Position numbers and translations under genes: made by a program. A stretch of DNA of 64,000 bases from Psilocybe cubensis. Lineage: Eukaryota. The notes under the pieces were generated by a model. The model was not told the DNA's origin. It ran no database searches and saw only the letters and a program-made list of their open reading frames with translations. How positions within the stretch are numbered: the first letter of the stretch is position 1; each line of letters opens with the position of its first letter. The stretch covers positions 3,410,001-3,474,000 of the forward strand of contig CM039001.1 of assembly GCA_017499595.2 (NCBI GenBank), read 5' to 3'. Positions 49,701 to 59,277 of the stretch are shown here, in pieces.

Positions 49701-50688
49701 GATGTCGCTCGAGAAAGTTGTAATCCCACCTACCGTAATGATACCCGAAAGGCTGTTCTGCAGATGCCATATCGACACAATGCACATGCCACCCTCAAAC
49801 GGGTACAAATATATTGTCCAAGCAAGATGTGGGATGTCGACATGGCCAGAATGGGATAAGTTGAAGACGGAGACGGCGGCGGTGATAGGCAATTTCATTC
49901 TAATGAAGTTGATGTTGAGGTGGGGAGTAGTATTTGAGATGATAACGGATAACGGACCTCCATTCGTGGCGGCACTAGAATGGCTGGCCGAGCGATACAA
50001 CGTGAGCCATATTCGAATTTCTGGCTATAATTCGAGAGCGAACGGTGTCGTCGAAACAACGCACACCCCAATTCGTACAGCGCTGATCAAGTCGGGTGAC
50101 GGGTCCTTGAAAAAGTGGGACGAGAGGGTAGCATTCATGTACTGGGCTGAGCGAATTACAATCAGGAAATCAATCGGGTACTCACCATTCTATGTTGTGC
50201 ACGGAATCGAGCCGCTCCTACCATTTGACCTCACTCACGCAACATTCCTACTCCCGGACATCGACCGTTCGCTTTCAACCGCTGAACTCCTCGGTATGCG
50301 CGCAAGACAACTTGAGCGACGCGACGACGACCTAGCCCTGGTCCACGAACGTGTTCTAAAGCGAAGATATCAGTCCATTGCCGAATTTGAAGAGAAAAAC
50401 AAACATAAGATCATTGATTATAATTTTCAACCCGGAGAACTAGTGCTCGTCTTGAACAAGAAGGTCGAGGCTGAAGTGGGAAGGAAGGGCAAGCCGAGAT
50501 ACATGGGACCACTTGTCGTCGTACGCCGCTCCGAAGGAGGTTCATACCGTCTGGCAGAACTCGATGGAGCTGAATCAAAGCTGAAATACGCAGCATTTCG
50601 TTTAATTCCCTATTATCCGCGGAATCGACAGGTCATCGAGGTCACGGAGGTCCTAAACAGCGAGGAGTTCGACGGCGACGAGGAATAG
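43732..50688 (+). CDS. Gag-Pol polyprotein (first in-frame ATG at 44500)
   Basis: CCHC knuckle CYFCKKGQHRIRDC; protease LLDEGS; RT IDLFVGY/LPQG/FSDD; RNase H VDSS/ELYGL/DGLSR; integrase H-H-C-C, D-D-E and a GPY/F-like YMGP. Confidence 0.95.
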   Translation: MIPKLAPRKGKKKDDESEYKPSSKASSSNSLLPTSEAPRNRRNIAPVSYRERSASVSPQDANELTVNAPNTDPITPTPTQFSFRHAPPPLFNRFSFPQGTFPGAWSVATPPSVPRLASIEEPVDEPREDEFDSAKEWQTSDGDFLPELDFNEESDPPPRSIRSESPEARSESGEEDKEDVNKEQQVGEETKQDEEDQQQQDEFKATDVPAPAKQDSQTSNKEEPKSLQVPIPESQSGELKKEESKEEKDAPKTNNNMVQPGGSTTTFLKEMPAPGSSKAPSWSGDVDELEDFLGKFERLAKTAGLNDEMMAEAVVDYLRKESDVKFWKTFKGYRLDRPRSFKAMKEKLKEEYPWMTKGGSYTVDDLTRVIAKATKGSGIRTSVELTEYNKNFEPIGLWLVKQGEITEDELNEYFWMGLPPRLQDRVEVQMGGKKIGLTGRMAAPAVEDVLKTARLLLDEDVGKGKRAEREEKLRRAQKKLKKKEKRRKKKHESSSSDSSLDSETESETESVSSDTSESYTESSDSEDERRKRRRKEKRRDAKEKKKKKREKEREREREKDRELAELRARSERRKEEEIAKVKEEEDVVRTRRVSFGEPKKKTREEDIGDLTRKLAGLKVGDANYAATYGQLCAMDPNAHIWIPTLLATTQQAAATNMAVHAPYQPQFAPTYQTQAYHTQAQTFAAPQMQIPPPIQYAQAGMSGPSSNSCYFCKKGQHRIRDCVAAAEYVKVGRIMWFGTPARLTYANGEPIRFEYGQSLKDAVDKRFGSAVPTPGQEGWQRDQPPHVNVATSGYYTQTTRNAKTYTTGRNGEQVKVEASSGRKKTVEEVRNEWKEIPWENGYESEGKVEWMAWQEVATAEALLQTRSGKKTGDDDEESGRKEQEKRIEREMKERKGKARAEEGEGHHTDIKHIRFDPNAIQRGGHEKAYTYESSISDPKAALKMAEKIFKTIIPEVTVGDIYALSGDVRKTMVEKLKVVRVPNEAFPKTSLLDTEKKSATTATTGAATFKMPTLEYCTPLREIDVVVCGTVASVGLLDEGSEIVVIRKDLWERTGHSVNKEQQMTMETATGEKEEMGGCAEFMEIEVGGIASMVHAFIAPLDAPFELLLGRPWQKYVRLGKVEHNDGRVDVIVHDPKDQRQAKVIPTRERARKVVKKVLMYREARAEQPREEVVELSVEEVVMMAHSQARTKLANELLGSTFTYDQVQHTLLYKPAAKKTHPVATTMPEYANVQRRFPEDPLLTLPTIPMTPGPFKPGERLTEERWKMLGVEENDFLWEEEKKVVAAVLRANEKGLAWVEAEKGRFRSDYFSDVVIPVVEHEPWVKRSFPVPPALRERFNKLIDEKLKAGVIEPTTSAYRHATITFEKKGSKDLRIVHNLVPLNEVTIKDSAQPPLIDLYAEQCAGRSIYTTIDLFVGYDHHTLDKRSRELTAFETPTGTYQLTVLPQGWTNSLQIFHRDVAFILQHETEVAPNFSDDIAVLGPMTRYELAGGGYEVMEENPGVRRFVWEHLMDVNRVLHRLAHAGATASAKKLILCQPEAKIVGQISTYEGRKPDKSSVIKIENWPPCENATDVRSFLGVAGVVRKWVKDFAAIAIPLVNLTKKQVQFKWDKEHQNAMNSLKTAVTTCPAIRPIDYKSGFTVILQVDSSNIAVGFILMQLDANGARIIARFGSIPWNPREARYSQAKLELYGLFRAIHSVKIWIVGVQNLTIEVDAKYIKGMINNPDTHPNAAMNRWIAAILMFDFKLVHVPGKNFKGPDGLSRRRKVEGEEDETEEDAEQWVEELYQCGVWIVAGMGWKKGDQWPRIGKRGLKGKNKRSEGKGAVGMDVKVKEPGVKISEGAKEGEVMSVEEAVVAAFKRKMAEATEKGGLPDTEEVRQLDDELMQIKTYLETLKPPPNLDRVALKRFVKKASRFFVQANRLWRRDSGIRHKLVLFGEDRLEVLVEGHDMLGHRGYFATRHNVADRYWWPKIDKDIRWFIDTCHQCQLMSLEKVVIPPTVMIPERLFCRCHIDTMHMPPSNGYKYIVQARCGMSTWPEWDKLKTETAAVIGNFILMKLMLRWGVVFEMITDNGPPFVAALEWLAERYNVSHIRISGYNSRANGVVETTHTPIRTALIKSGDGSLKKWDERVAFMYWAERITIRKSIGYSPFYVVHGIEPLLPFDLTHATFLLPDIDRSLSTAELLGMRARQLERRDDDLALVHERVLKRRYQSIAEFEEKNKHKIIDYNFQPGELVLVLNKKVEAEVGRKGKPRYMGPLVVVRRSEGGSYRLAELDGAESKLKYAAFRLIPYYPRNRQVIEVTEVLNSEEFDGDEE

Positions 50689-51048
50689 CGAGCGGGCGAT
50701 GGTGCAAAAGAGGGGGGAGGAGGTGTGAAAGAGGGGGGAGGAGGGAAAGAGAAATTTGGAAGAGAAAAGATATTGAGTGAGATCGGAGACGAGAGACGAC
50801 GAGCGAGGGCATATAGACAATGGAGAGAGCTAGTTAGAGAGTTAGAAGGAAGAATGAATGGCGAGGGGAGGAGGACTGACCGAATAGAGAGGAAAGGAGG
50901 TGATAGAGGCCACTTGAGACTGGGTCTTGAGCAGGCCACATATCAGGTCGTGACTGGATGGATCCATATCACGAATAGCACTAGGGAGTGGGCCGCAGGA
51001 TGTAGACTCGAAACCGAAACCGAAATTTCAGCCAGGAGCCTGAAATTT

Positions 51049-51063
51049 AAAGTGGGGGGGAGA
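51049..51063 (+). promoter_or_regulatory. Polypurine tract
   Basis: AAAGTGGGGGGGAGA immediately before the 3' LTR. Confidence 0.85.
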
Positions 51064-51349
51064 TGTAGGGATTTGGATACGCGTGCGCGCGACGCGACTC
51101 ACAACAAACACGTCACATGACGCTTGCGGACACACTCACTTGGCATCGTCGACGCCATATGGCCACAGCATAGACGCGTAGTCAGTAGTTAGCACCTTAC
51201 CGGAGACGTCGTTACACACCGAAGGACGTATCGAATCATATTTCCTATTTTTTTCCCATCTCTTTCCGTGCTAAACACATAAATATCTACAAAACTCTGT
51301 CCGTACTCAGGCTACTTTGTCCTCTCTCGAACTCGCCCCCTTCCCTACA
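51064..51349 (+). repeat. 3' LTR
   Basis: Identical to the 5' LTR and followed by the TSD ACAT. Confidence 0.97.
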
Positions 51350-54300
51350 ACATCTTCATCGTCATGAGAACTCCAGTCATCTTCGGATGAAGGCCTCTCC
51401 ACGGCATCTTGAGAATCCATGGCTTCCTCATCTTTTCCTTCGTTGGCTTTAATTTCAGCCTCCTCGGCATTCTTCGCACTTTTCTCGAATAATTTGTGGA
51501 TTACTTCGATCTGGTCGAATTGTGCAGCAAGATGGAGAGGAGCTCTACCATCGGCCAAACGAGCAGTGATCCTCGCACCTGCCTCGATGAGATCCAATGC
51601 AATATCTGTCACCTTGGAAAAGATCGCAACATGCAGAGTAGTCCGCCCTACGTGGTCGCGTTGGTTGACGTCAATCTCTCCACCAGCGAGAAGTCTCTGA
51701 ACAGTAACCCTATCGTGTGCAGAAATGGCCGTGAAAAGCTCCTGGCTAGGCTTGATGTAAACTTGGTCGCTCCATTCACCAACGTCAATCGGTTTGAAAC
51801 TGCCTGTCATACTTTGGCGACCTGGATCTTCCTGGATAAATCTGTAATTTGGTCAGAGATGCGCAAAATAGCTCAATTTAAGTAGACTCACTGGATACGT
51901 CCACGAATATAGATTTCATCTTCTTCAGCTTGAAGCTTCTTTTCATCATCGTCGATTGCTTTGGGGCAGTGCTATACCATACATCAGCTGCGATGAAAAT
52001 GTTATGTTCAAGCGTATACGCACTCCGCAACAATCTTCGATACATTCTTCAACGGTTCCAAAGAATGCAGGATGACGATGGAGGCGACGACCCTTGTTTT
52101 TTGGGTTGAAAGACGCTGTAAAATATAAATCAATACCATAATAATAGATACAAACCGGTTTCAATGGTCTTACAGTTCATTCCGAGATCCTGATGAATTT
52201 TTGATAAGCTTGAAAATATCGTTATGAGAAACAATGATATTTACCGTCTGGTACACCAACTTATCGATTCTCTTAGCATCCCAGCCAGGCCCGTAAGGTA
52301 AATGGAGAGATGCGACATCGTAATCGTTAATCTCGACGACGCCAATGTCGTTTTCTCCTTTGAGATCTCCCTTATACTTGCGCCGAGTGCGTCTACGTTG
52401 CTGAGAAAGTGCATTTGCAAATGTACGACCACGAAGCTGGCGCCTTCCTTCCAAGAAAGTGTTGCGCATATTGTCATCCGCCAGTTTCTCAAGAGCGAGA
52501 AGACGTGCCAGACCTTCCATTCTAGCTATCGAACGTTCGTATATCTGTTTTCCATCGGGTTAGCTGAAAAAAATTGGTTTAGATGGTCAAAATTTGTACC
52601 GTAGGGTCAATCTTTGATCGCTCAAGAGTAGGAACATAGACTTCAAAGAATCGCTGAGAATACTTCGACAGTCTGACTTCGTACGAGGGAGATCGACGTG
52701 TCATATCGACTGTGTTGCATTGCCTCATCATCGCAACAACTGCACGAGGGTTGGCCCATACTCGATTGCCTGTTCTAAGGTTAAAGAATGCACATATCTT
52801 CAGGTCGAAGGACAGATTTACCATCATATGCGCAGCAGGGAGCATCAATGTCGAACCCGGCAAGAATCTCAGCGGGAGATTGATAGAGGCGCAATACAAT
52901 CTGTACCGATCGATACGGGTACTGAGCTGAAAGATCCAATTAGCCAACAGCAGCGTTAAATGAAAAAGATACTTACAATGAATAGAAACTGTGTGCTTGG
53001 TGCGGATACAAGTAACATCCCATGGGACCGAATCTCGAACGGCTTCGTAGATCTCTTTGATCTTAGCCTCAGCCTGTGGAACGCGTCAGTGATGGGCAGA
53101 CATTGACACCAGAAAGTACATACCTGCTCTGGGTTCAAACCCCACAAGAAAAGATCCACATCTGAAGTTGGATATGCGTTGGAATGGTAGTATTTCCTTA
53201 TAGCTCGCTTGGATGTCTTGTCGCTCTCATGGAGGGGTGTCAAGCATGCCAATACAGATCCTCCAGCAGCAACAACATTGTTCCAGTTAATGAGCTGGGA
53301 TAAAGATCCTTCAGTGAAAATGGCCCAATTCTTCTTAAACTCCTCGAGGTCGGCGACAGTCGATGGCGTTCCTTCTTCCCTCCTGTTCTCGTCGGCGACA
53401 GGCATGACATATTTCGCAGAAAGGTCCTCTTTATCATTGACTACCCTAGCTCTAGTGGTCCTGATAGTCGCAGGAGCGTCGAATACGTCGACGAGTCCGA
53501 CATATGGATTGGCGAGACGCGCGTTCTTCTTGTCGGTCGCGAAAAGCTTTCTCAACTCAGCCTCGTCATCGAGCGAAGGTTGCAAGGCCGCGTCAAGCGT
53601 TACACCTGGGCCCGCTGGAAGGGCGTTAATGCGTTCGATGAAGGCTTGGATTTCAGTTGTAGGTTGCATAGTTGTTGTGAAAAGCGGATGTGCTGAGGGA
53701 ATCGCCTTGGGTTGGAGGCCCAGTATTTAAGGCCCTTTCGAGCCTTCATTTGACCTTCATCAAACCCTGGTGAGAAACCGACTTGACTCGTTGCGGCTGT
53801 CGGTAAACTCACCCCGACTGACGCGATTACCGCAAAAGGAACTAATGGCGGCGGCCCCGCCCCTTCCCGCCCTTGGTAACGTCCGACATGATTCCCTCAA
53901 GCAAAATGAGTCACTAGTTAGGGCGCACGTCCCCGACTCAGCAAAATTACCCCCGATATGTCGTTTGATGCGCCATTTGTCGATAGATGCCGACCTCCTA
54001 TACCTACAAGGTCGGGCTCAATTGCTCCATGTCCGAAAAAAAATTGATCCCCCTCTGATCTTTTAGCAACAGTAGTGACCGCAGTGCCCGCTGTCTCCAG
54101 GAGGTTGTAGAGTTAAAGCCTACAAAATTGCCCTAGATGTGTATGAATCTTCGTCGGTCGTTGTCTCGAAACCTGGATGTTGGTGGCTGTCGCTCCCGCT
54201 CAATGCAGCTCCATGGATCATAGCGTGCGGCGGCACGCCGCAATGTTGTCGCTTATTTGGTGCACACGTTTCCCACGCTTCATAGCTTGTGATACACGCT

Positions 54301-54708
54301 TCTTCAGTTCAAGTGATCCTTCGTCTAGTTGTCTGTTACCATCCACCTTAACTTGTCTTGCCTCTCTACTACTGTACCCTCGTGAAGACCACGGTGTCTC
54401 GATGTTCACCCTGTTCTTCTCAAATATCGGTTATACTCTCGCATATATTCTGGACGCTTGCTTGACGTTTCGGGTGACTGGCAGCACATTTCCTGCTATT
54501 TCCTTGTTGTATTGAATGAAACGAGTAGGAAGACTTGCGTCTGTTTATTCCTCTCTTGTGACCCGGCTACAAGGACTGGTGAAGGGACATATCTCTCCTA
54601 AAACTCGTACGGAATAATAGCTTTCGGATCATCCCTACGAAAGTGGATTGTGGACCCAGACTGCCTGGGACTTTGCGCATCTATCGTGTCTAATAACCCA
54701 GGACTTCT

Positions 54709-56167
54709 CTAGGCAGTAGTAACTGCACAGCTACTCCCTGTCACTTTTGTAAGGTCTGAGAGCTGGCTGGATGAGCTTGAGTTGCTCATTGATGTTACAT
54801 TGGACATAGAACTAGGACCAGAAGACGCTGTTGAAGTGGTGACTATGCTGGTCGGTGATAACGAGGCTATGGTGTAAGATGGGACGGGAGTCGCAAAATA
54901 CCCCATCTCGCTGTTGTCTATTCCCGTCCGAATCCGCCTGTGAGTGGCCGTACCAGCGTCACTATCGAACGGCCGTCTTGCGGCAGGCTGTCTAGTTGAC
55001 TCTCCGCTTTCTGGTCGGAACCTTCGATAAACTATCATTGACACGACCTGTAAGTTGGTCAAAAGCAATGCGAGACCTATCTGTTTAGGCGTCAATAAGG
55101 CACTTGCACATCATATCCATCAAACCACTGAACTTGTAAATGTGTCATCATGGTGTATAGAAGCTTTGAGTCGGGACCTATGTGGGCCGCGCCATACCAA
55201 ATGGCAAAATAAATCCCTGTAGTGATCATAGTGATGACGCTACTAGCGAATAAAATTAAAATGAAGGTGCGATCGCTGTGCCTCGGCAATTTGACTTTCC
55301 AAAACATGAACAACGGCGCGATAATTAGAATAGAATCTGCTGTGATGTCGACTGGAGTCATCAACCAAATTTCTATTAGAGTGTATGACTGGGATGGTAT
55401 GAAACTGTTAACGCACTAGTAACTATCACCGTTATGGTGGCCCCCGCAGGACCGTGTGCCGTTTTTGGAGAGCAGCGGTTGAAGTCAAGTTTCCACCACG
55501 GGTTTCCTGGACAGGAGAGTGTCGTGATTAAGACGCTGGTAAGATACATTGAGAAGAGACAGGCAATGAAAATGAACGAATAAAGGCGATATCGGTGTCC
55601 ACTCAGAAAGATCCTAGCCACCGAAAATGTCAAGCTAATACGAGAGAACCTAATAAACATCAAGGTAAGAGCCCCAAGAAACTTCCACAGATATGAAAGG
55701 TACTTGCCATAAAGCAGTGTAGTACACAAAAGAATCAAACCAATTCGAAAAAATGAAAACTTGAGGGTCTGGTGTATTCCAGGATATATCTTGGAAAATA
55801 AGGTCATAGTGTCGTTTTCAAGATACATTTGCGATTTTATTAACTGAACTTATGCACCTTTGTTTTTATACTTGATCCACAAAAGAATGACAGAAAGAAG
55901 ATTGAGGATCCAGGGTATCGCAGCCGCATAGTCGTCCCACCAGATTCGACCAATTTTACAACGTTGTCTTACTCTGATCAACGTTGTAATCAGAGCAGCA
56001 AATTGAATAATAGTGACCGAAACTGCAAAAAAAAATTAGTCTGGTATCATGAAATCATACAGAGCCCGGGGGTCATTAAAGGGCGAATCGTGATCTAATG
56101 GCTGAGTCGTAAAGAATGAATTAGACTCACTTTTCCATGCAAGATGATTCTGAGGTGGTAAAGGCAT
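54709..56167 (-). CDS. PTH11-like 7-TM protein, copy C
   Basis: MPLPPQNHLAWK, RIWWDDY, SRISLTFSVARIF, DITADSILIIAPLFMFW, TNLQVVSMIVYRRFR. Confidence 0.8.
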
Positions 56168-57312
56168 TAACTGTTAGGAATACTCTTTGAAAGCCAGATT
56201 GATTGTTGGTGGTGGTTTAGGAAAAAGAAGGTAATTATCAAAAATGACAAACCTTTTGGCAAAGGGTCGATGACATGTACTAAGGGGTCAACGGCCAACA
56301 TCGGCTAATAGCTGAATTGCATCAGTTCCCCGCTCAAAATGATAGATAGCATTGACGTAAGACTGTATAGACTCTATTCAACTCAAATCATATTGACCAT
56401 TTAATCAAGGAGGTTTCGGAGCGACGGGCAACTCATCAACGCCTTCTGAGTCCTCAACTATTTAATGCTACAACAACACTCACCTCTTGTTTTCCTAGAT
56501 ATATTTAAATGTACGTATTGCAGACAGTTTTGAGAGACTTCAACATCCTGGATGCTATTTGCCACTACAATAGGCTGACATGACAATCTATAATTACCTG
56601 CCACCAGCGCTGTTCTAAAAATAGATCGCTTTGATGATGCACCATTGAAGACATGAGTCCATTGACAATATTCGGCCACACACGCAAATAATGTAATTGT
56701 CTAAGGTGGCTGATCATTCAAACAGGTGAAGCTTCTCTAGAGTAGTACAGGGAGAGTGACAATTTGAACCTGTATATTATGGATGTACCCACGGATGAAA
56801 ATATTGTTGAACATCGCCTCCGACCGCCACCATCCGACGGCAGGTCAGGCTGGTTATATTTCCCTATCGACGCCACATTGTAGACATCAAGTATAGGACA
56901 TGCTATCACCGTTGTTTTGCCTTTACAATTACATACATATGCACCATGGGGCTAATTGTCCGAAACTGGAGCAACACCCGATCACCGTTACAAGGTTGGG
57001 TGTTTTGTGCTTACAGCGACGCAGTGGTGATACTAGCGGAGAAGATACACCCACCCTTCAGGTTAGCCAAGGTACTGGCAAGTAAATAGATAAATATATG
57101 AACACTCTCAATTTAGGCTGCTATTATCCCGCACATGCTCTGAGTAATAGCATTGTGGTTGGCGTCCATAAGTATGCCTCCGTTGAAGTCGTTCTCTCTT
57201 ATTGAAATCTATTTATAGATTTCTCGCAATTACCACCATATGAGACGTGAATTCACTTTATGGTAACTATACAACAGATAGTAGCATAATAAAATGTGAC
57301 GATAAACGGCAT

Positions 57313-58948
57313 TCATTGAGTAGAGCTATTCTCTGATGAGGATGAAGGTATTGTCTGCGACAAAGGAATACTACTCGATGACATTGTAGATTGAGGAACC
57401 GATGACGACTGAGCCGTTGATACAGGCTGTGATGAACGTACATTGCCATTCTCTGATGAGGATGAAGGTATTGTCTGCGACAAAGGAATACTACTCGATG
57501 CCATTGTAGACTGAGGAACCGATGACAACTGAGCCGTTGATACAGGCTGTGATGAACGTACACTGCCAGACACAGATGTAGACTGGGAGTTCGATGCTGA
57601 CGTAGTATCTTCCTGCACAGTTAAATTCGTGGGCGAAGCCGACGCTTCCGTAACGGTGTATGATGGTAGTGTGGTTGAGTATTCAATCAATGACCTTTCT
57701 CGCTCTCGAGTTGAAGTACCTGCGTCGGAATCAAATGTACGGTCTCTATGATTGTGCCGTTGAGATGCGAGGTTGCCTCTGAATCTTCGATAAACTATCA
57801 TAGTGACTATCTGTAAATTAGTGACAAATAGCGCGACTGCTTGCTATTTTGCGACTTGTTAGAAAAAATAAACCGTTGAGTTCAACTCGTGGGTCACTCA
57901 ACATGTAGCTGTCCGGACATTTTGTACAGTATTTTTGACTCGGGTCCAATATCGGCGGTTGCAAACCAAGCGGCAGAAAAAAGACCCAACGCAACCATTG
58001 TCAAAAGACTGCTCGCAAAAAGCGTTAAAATGACAGCACGATCCCGCGCGTGTGGGGTTTTGACCTTCCAAAACATGATAAGAGGCGCCGAAACAAGAAC
58101 AGAATTTGCCGCAAAGTCAGCTAAATTTGGAATTTCACGATGGTTGGTCAGAGGAGTCATGGCATAAATATGTTGTTGTTAACTTACTGACGATGACCAC
58201 AATAGCTGATACGAGACGCCCGTTGGACAACATGATGCAATGATTAACATCAACTTTCCACCATGGGAAGCCTCGACACATAAACGTGCTAATAAAAATG
58301 CTTGCAATATATAGCAAAACCAACACAGCGACAAACGCGAACCCCCCACGTCTACAGATGTGACCAGGAGGAAAGATTCGGGACGCAGAGAGTGTCAAAC
58401 TTATATGACAGAACCTGTCAAAGGTTGGGTCAAATGACGGGTGACTAAAAACGGTATATTGACCCCTTGATCAGGCAAAGACATACCATATAATACTCAG
58501 GTATGTGAAGGTGATAAACAACCCAGAATATAGAAAGCCTGCAGAGTCAGGAATGTTCCATGAGATGCCTGAAGCGTAAAAATGAGCAAGCAGTTCTCAG
58601 AACATCTAGCGCCTTACCTTTGTTTTTGTATTCGGTCCACAAGATGATAGCAGACACCAAGTCAAAACACCAGGGTATCACAACAACATAATCATCCCAC
58701 CACATCCTCCTACTCCTGTACTTGACATGGCCACTCAACTCCTCAATCCGATGGGATAATCTAATTAATGTCATACTTAAAGATAAACAATGAAGGAGGG
58801 TGATAGCAACTGTGGAAAAGACACCGGCCTGTTAGATATGTGCCTTAAATTCAGAGCTCGATGAAGGGCTAAAACTTTGGACGGGAAGCCACAATCAAAA
58901 TCTACACGAACTTTTCCATGCCAATTGGTTCTGGTGAGGGAATGTCAT
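57313..58948 (-). CDS. PTH11-like 7-TM protein, copy D
   Basis: MTFPHQNQLAWK, RMWWDDY, DFAANSVLVSAPLIMFW, TNLQIVTMIVYRRFR. Confidence 0.8.
57328..57567. repeat. 120-bp tandem duplication in the tail of copy D
   Basis: 57328-57447 matches 57448-57567 with 4 mismatches and is in frame (40 aa). Confidence 0.92.
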
Positions 58949-59277
58949 CTTGGTGAACGTAGTTATCAAAAGTCAAGGAAGAAATGTCGGCTTTGGCCTC
59001 AAGGTTGGGAAAGCAGTCCTTTTATACAGAATTCTCAATTCTATGGTTACTGTATTAACTTGTCTAATGGAGCACCTTGCGGTATCTAAGGATTTAAATT
59101 CAACAACCAGATATGGTAGGAAGAAAATAAGAACCGTGTTTGACAAAGTGTTGAAAGATACAGAGAAGCAATTATTTCCACCCATCCTGAACCCGAAACA
59201 CGAGTTTGAACAATTCCAGCTCGCAACCGATGTCGAAGCTATAATTAGCGCCCTCAAAATGGTTTAGAGTACTCCAA

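Larger units (their letters stand above)
43264..51349 (+). mobile_element. Full-length Ty3/Gypsy LTR retrotransposon (8,086 bp)
   Basis: Identical 286-bp LTRs, 4-bp TSD ACAT, PBS, PPT and a single ORF in gag-PR-RT-RH-IN order. Confidence 0.97.
38958..53669 (-). pseudogene. Large nucleotidyltransferase-like plus ankyrin-repeat gene, disrupted in this allele by the Gypsy element
   Basis: N-terminal AAGGSV..SDVDLF and GFDID..CCAYDG motifs. Ankyrin repeats RDHVGRTTLHVA, DGRAPLHLAA, RTIFHAAV, GESPLAAA, GQTPLHCSV and GLTPFEIA. Removing 43264-51349 plus one TSD restores WSSHDDEDVVMSADDED in frame. Confidence 0.85.

Noticed and set aside
50613-51120. ORFs between pol and the 3' LTR as a possible env or antisense gene
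   Set aside because: Purine-biased low complexity with no signal peptide, TM segment or recognisable motif.
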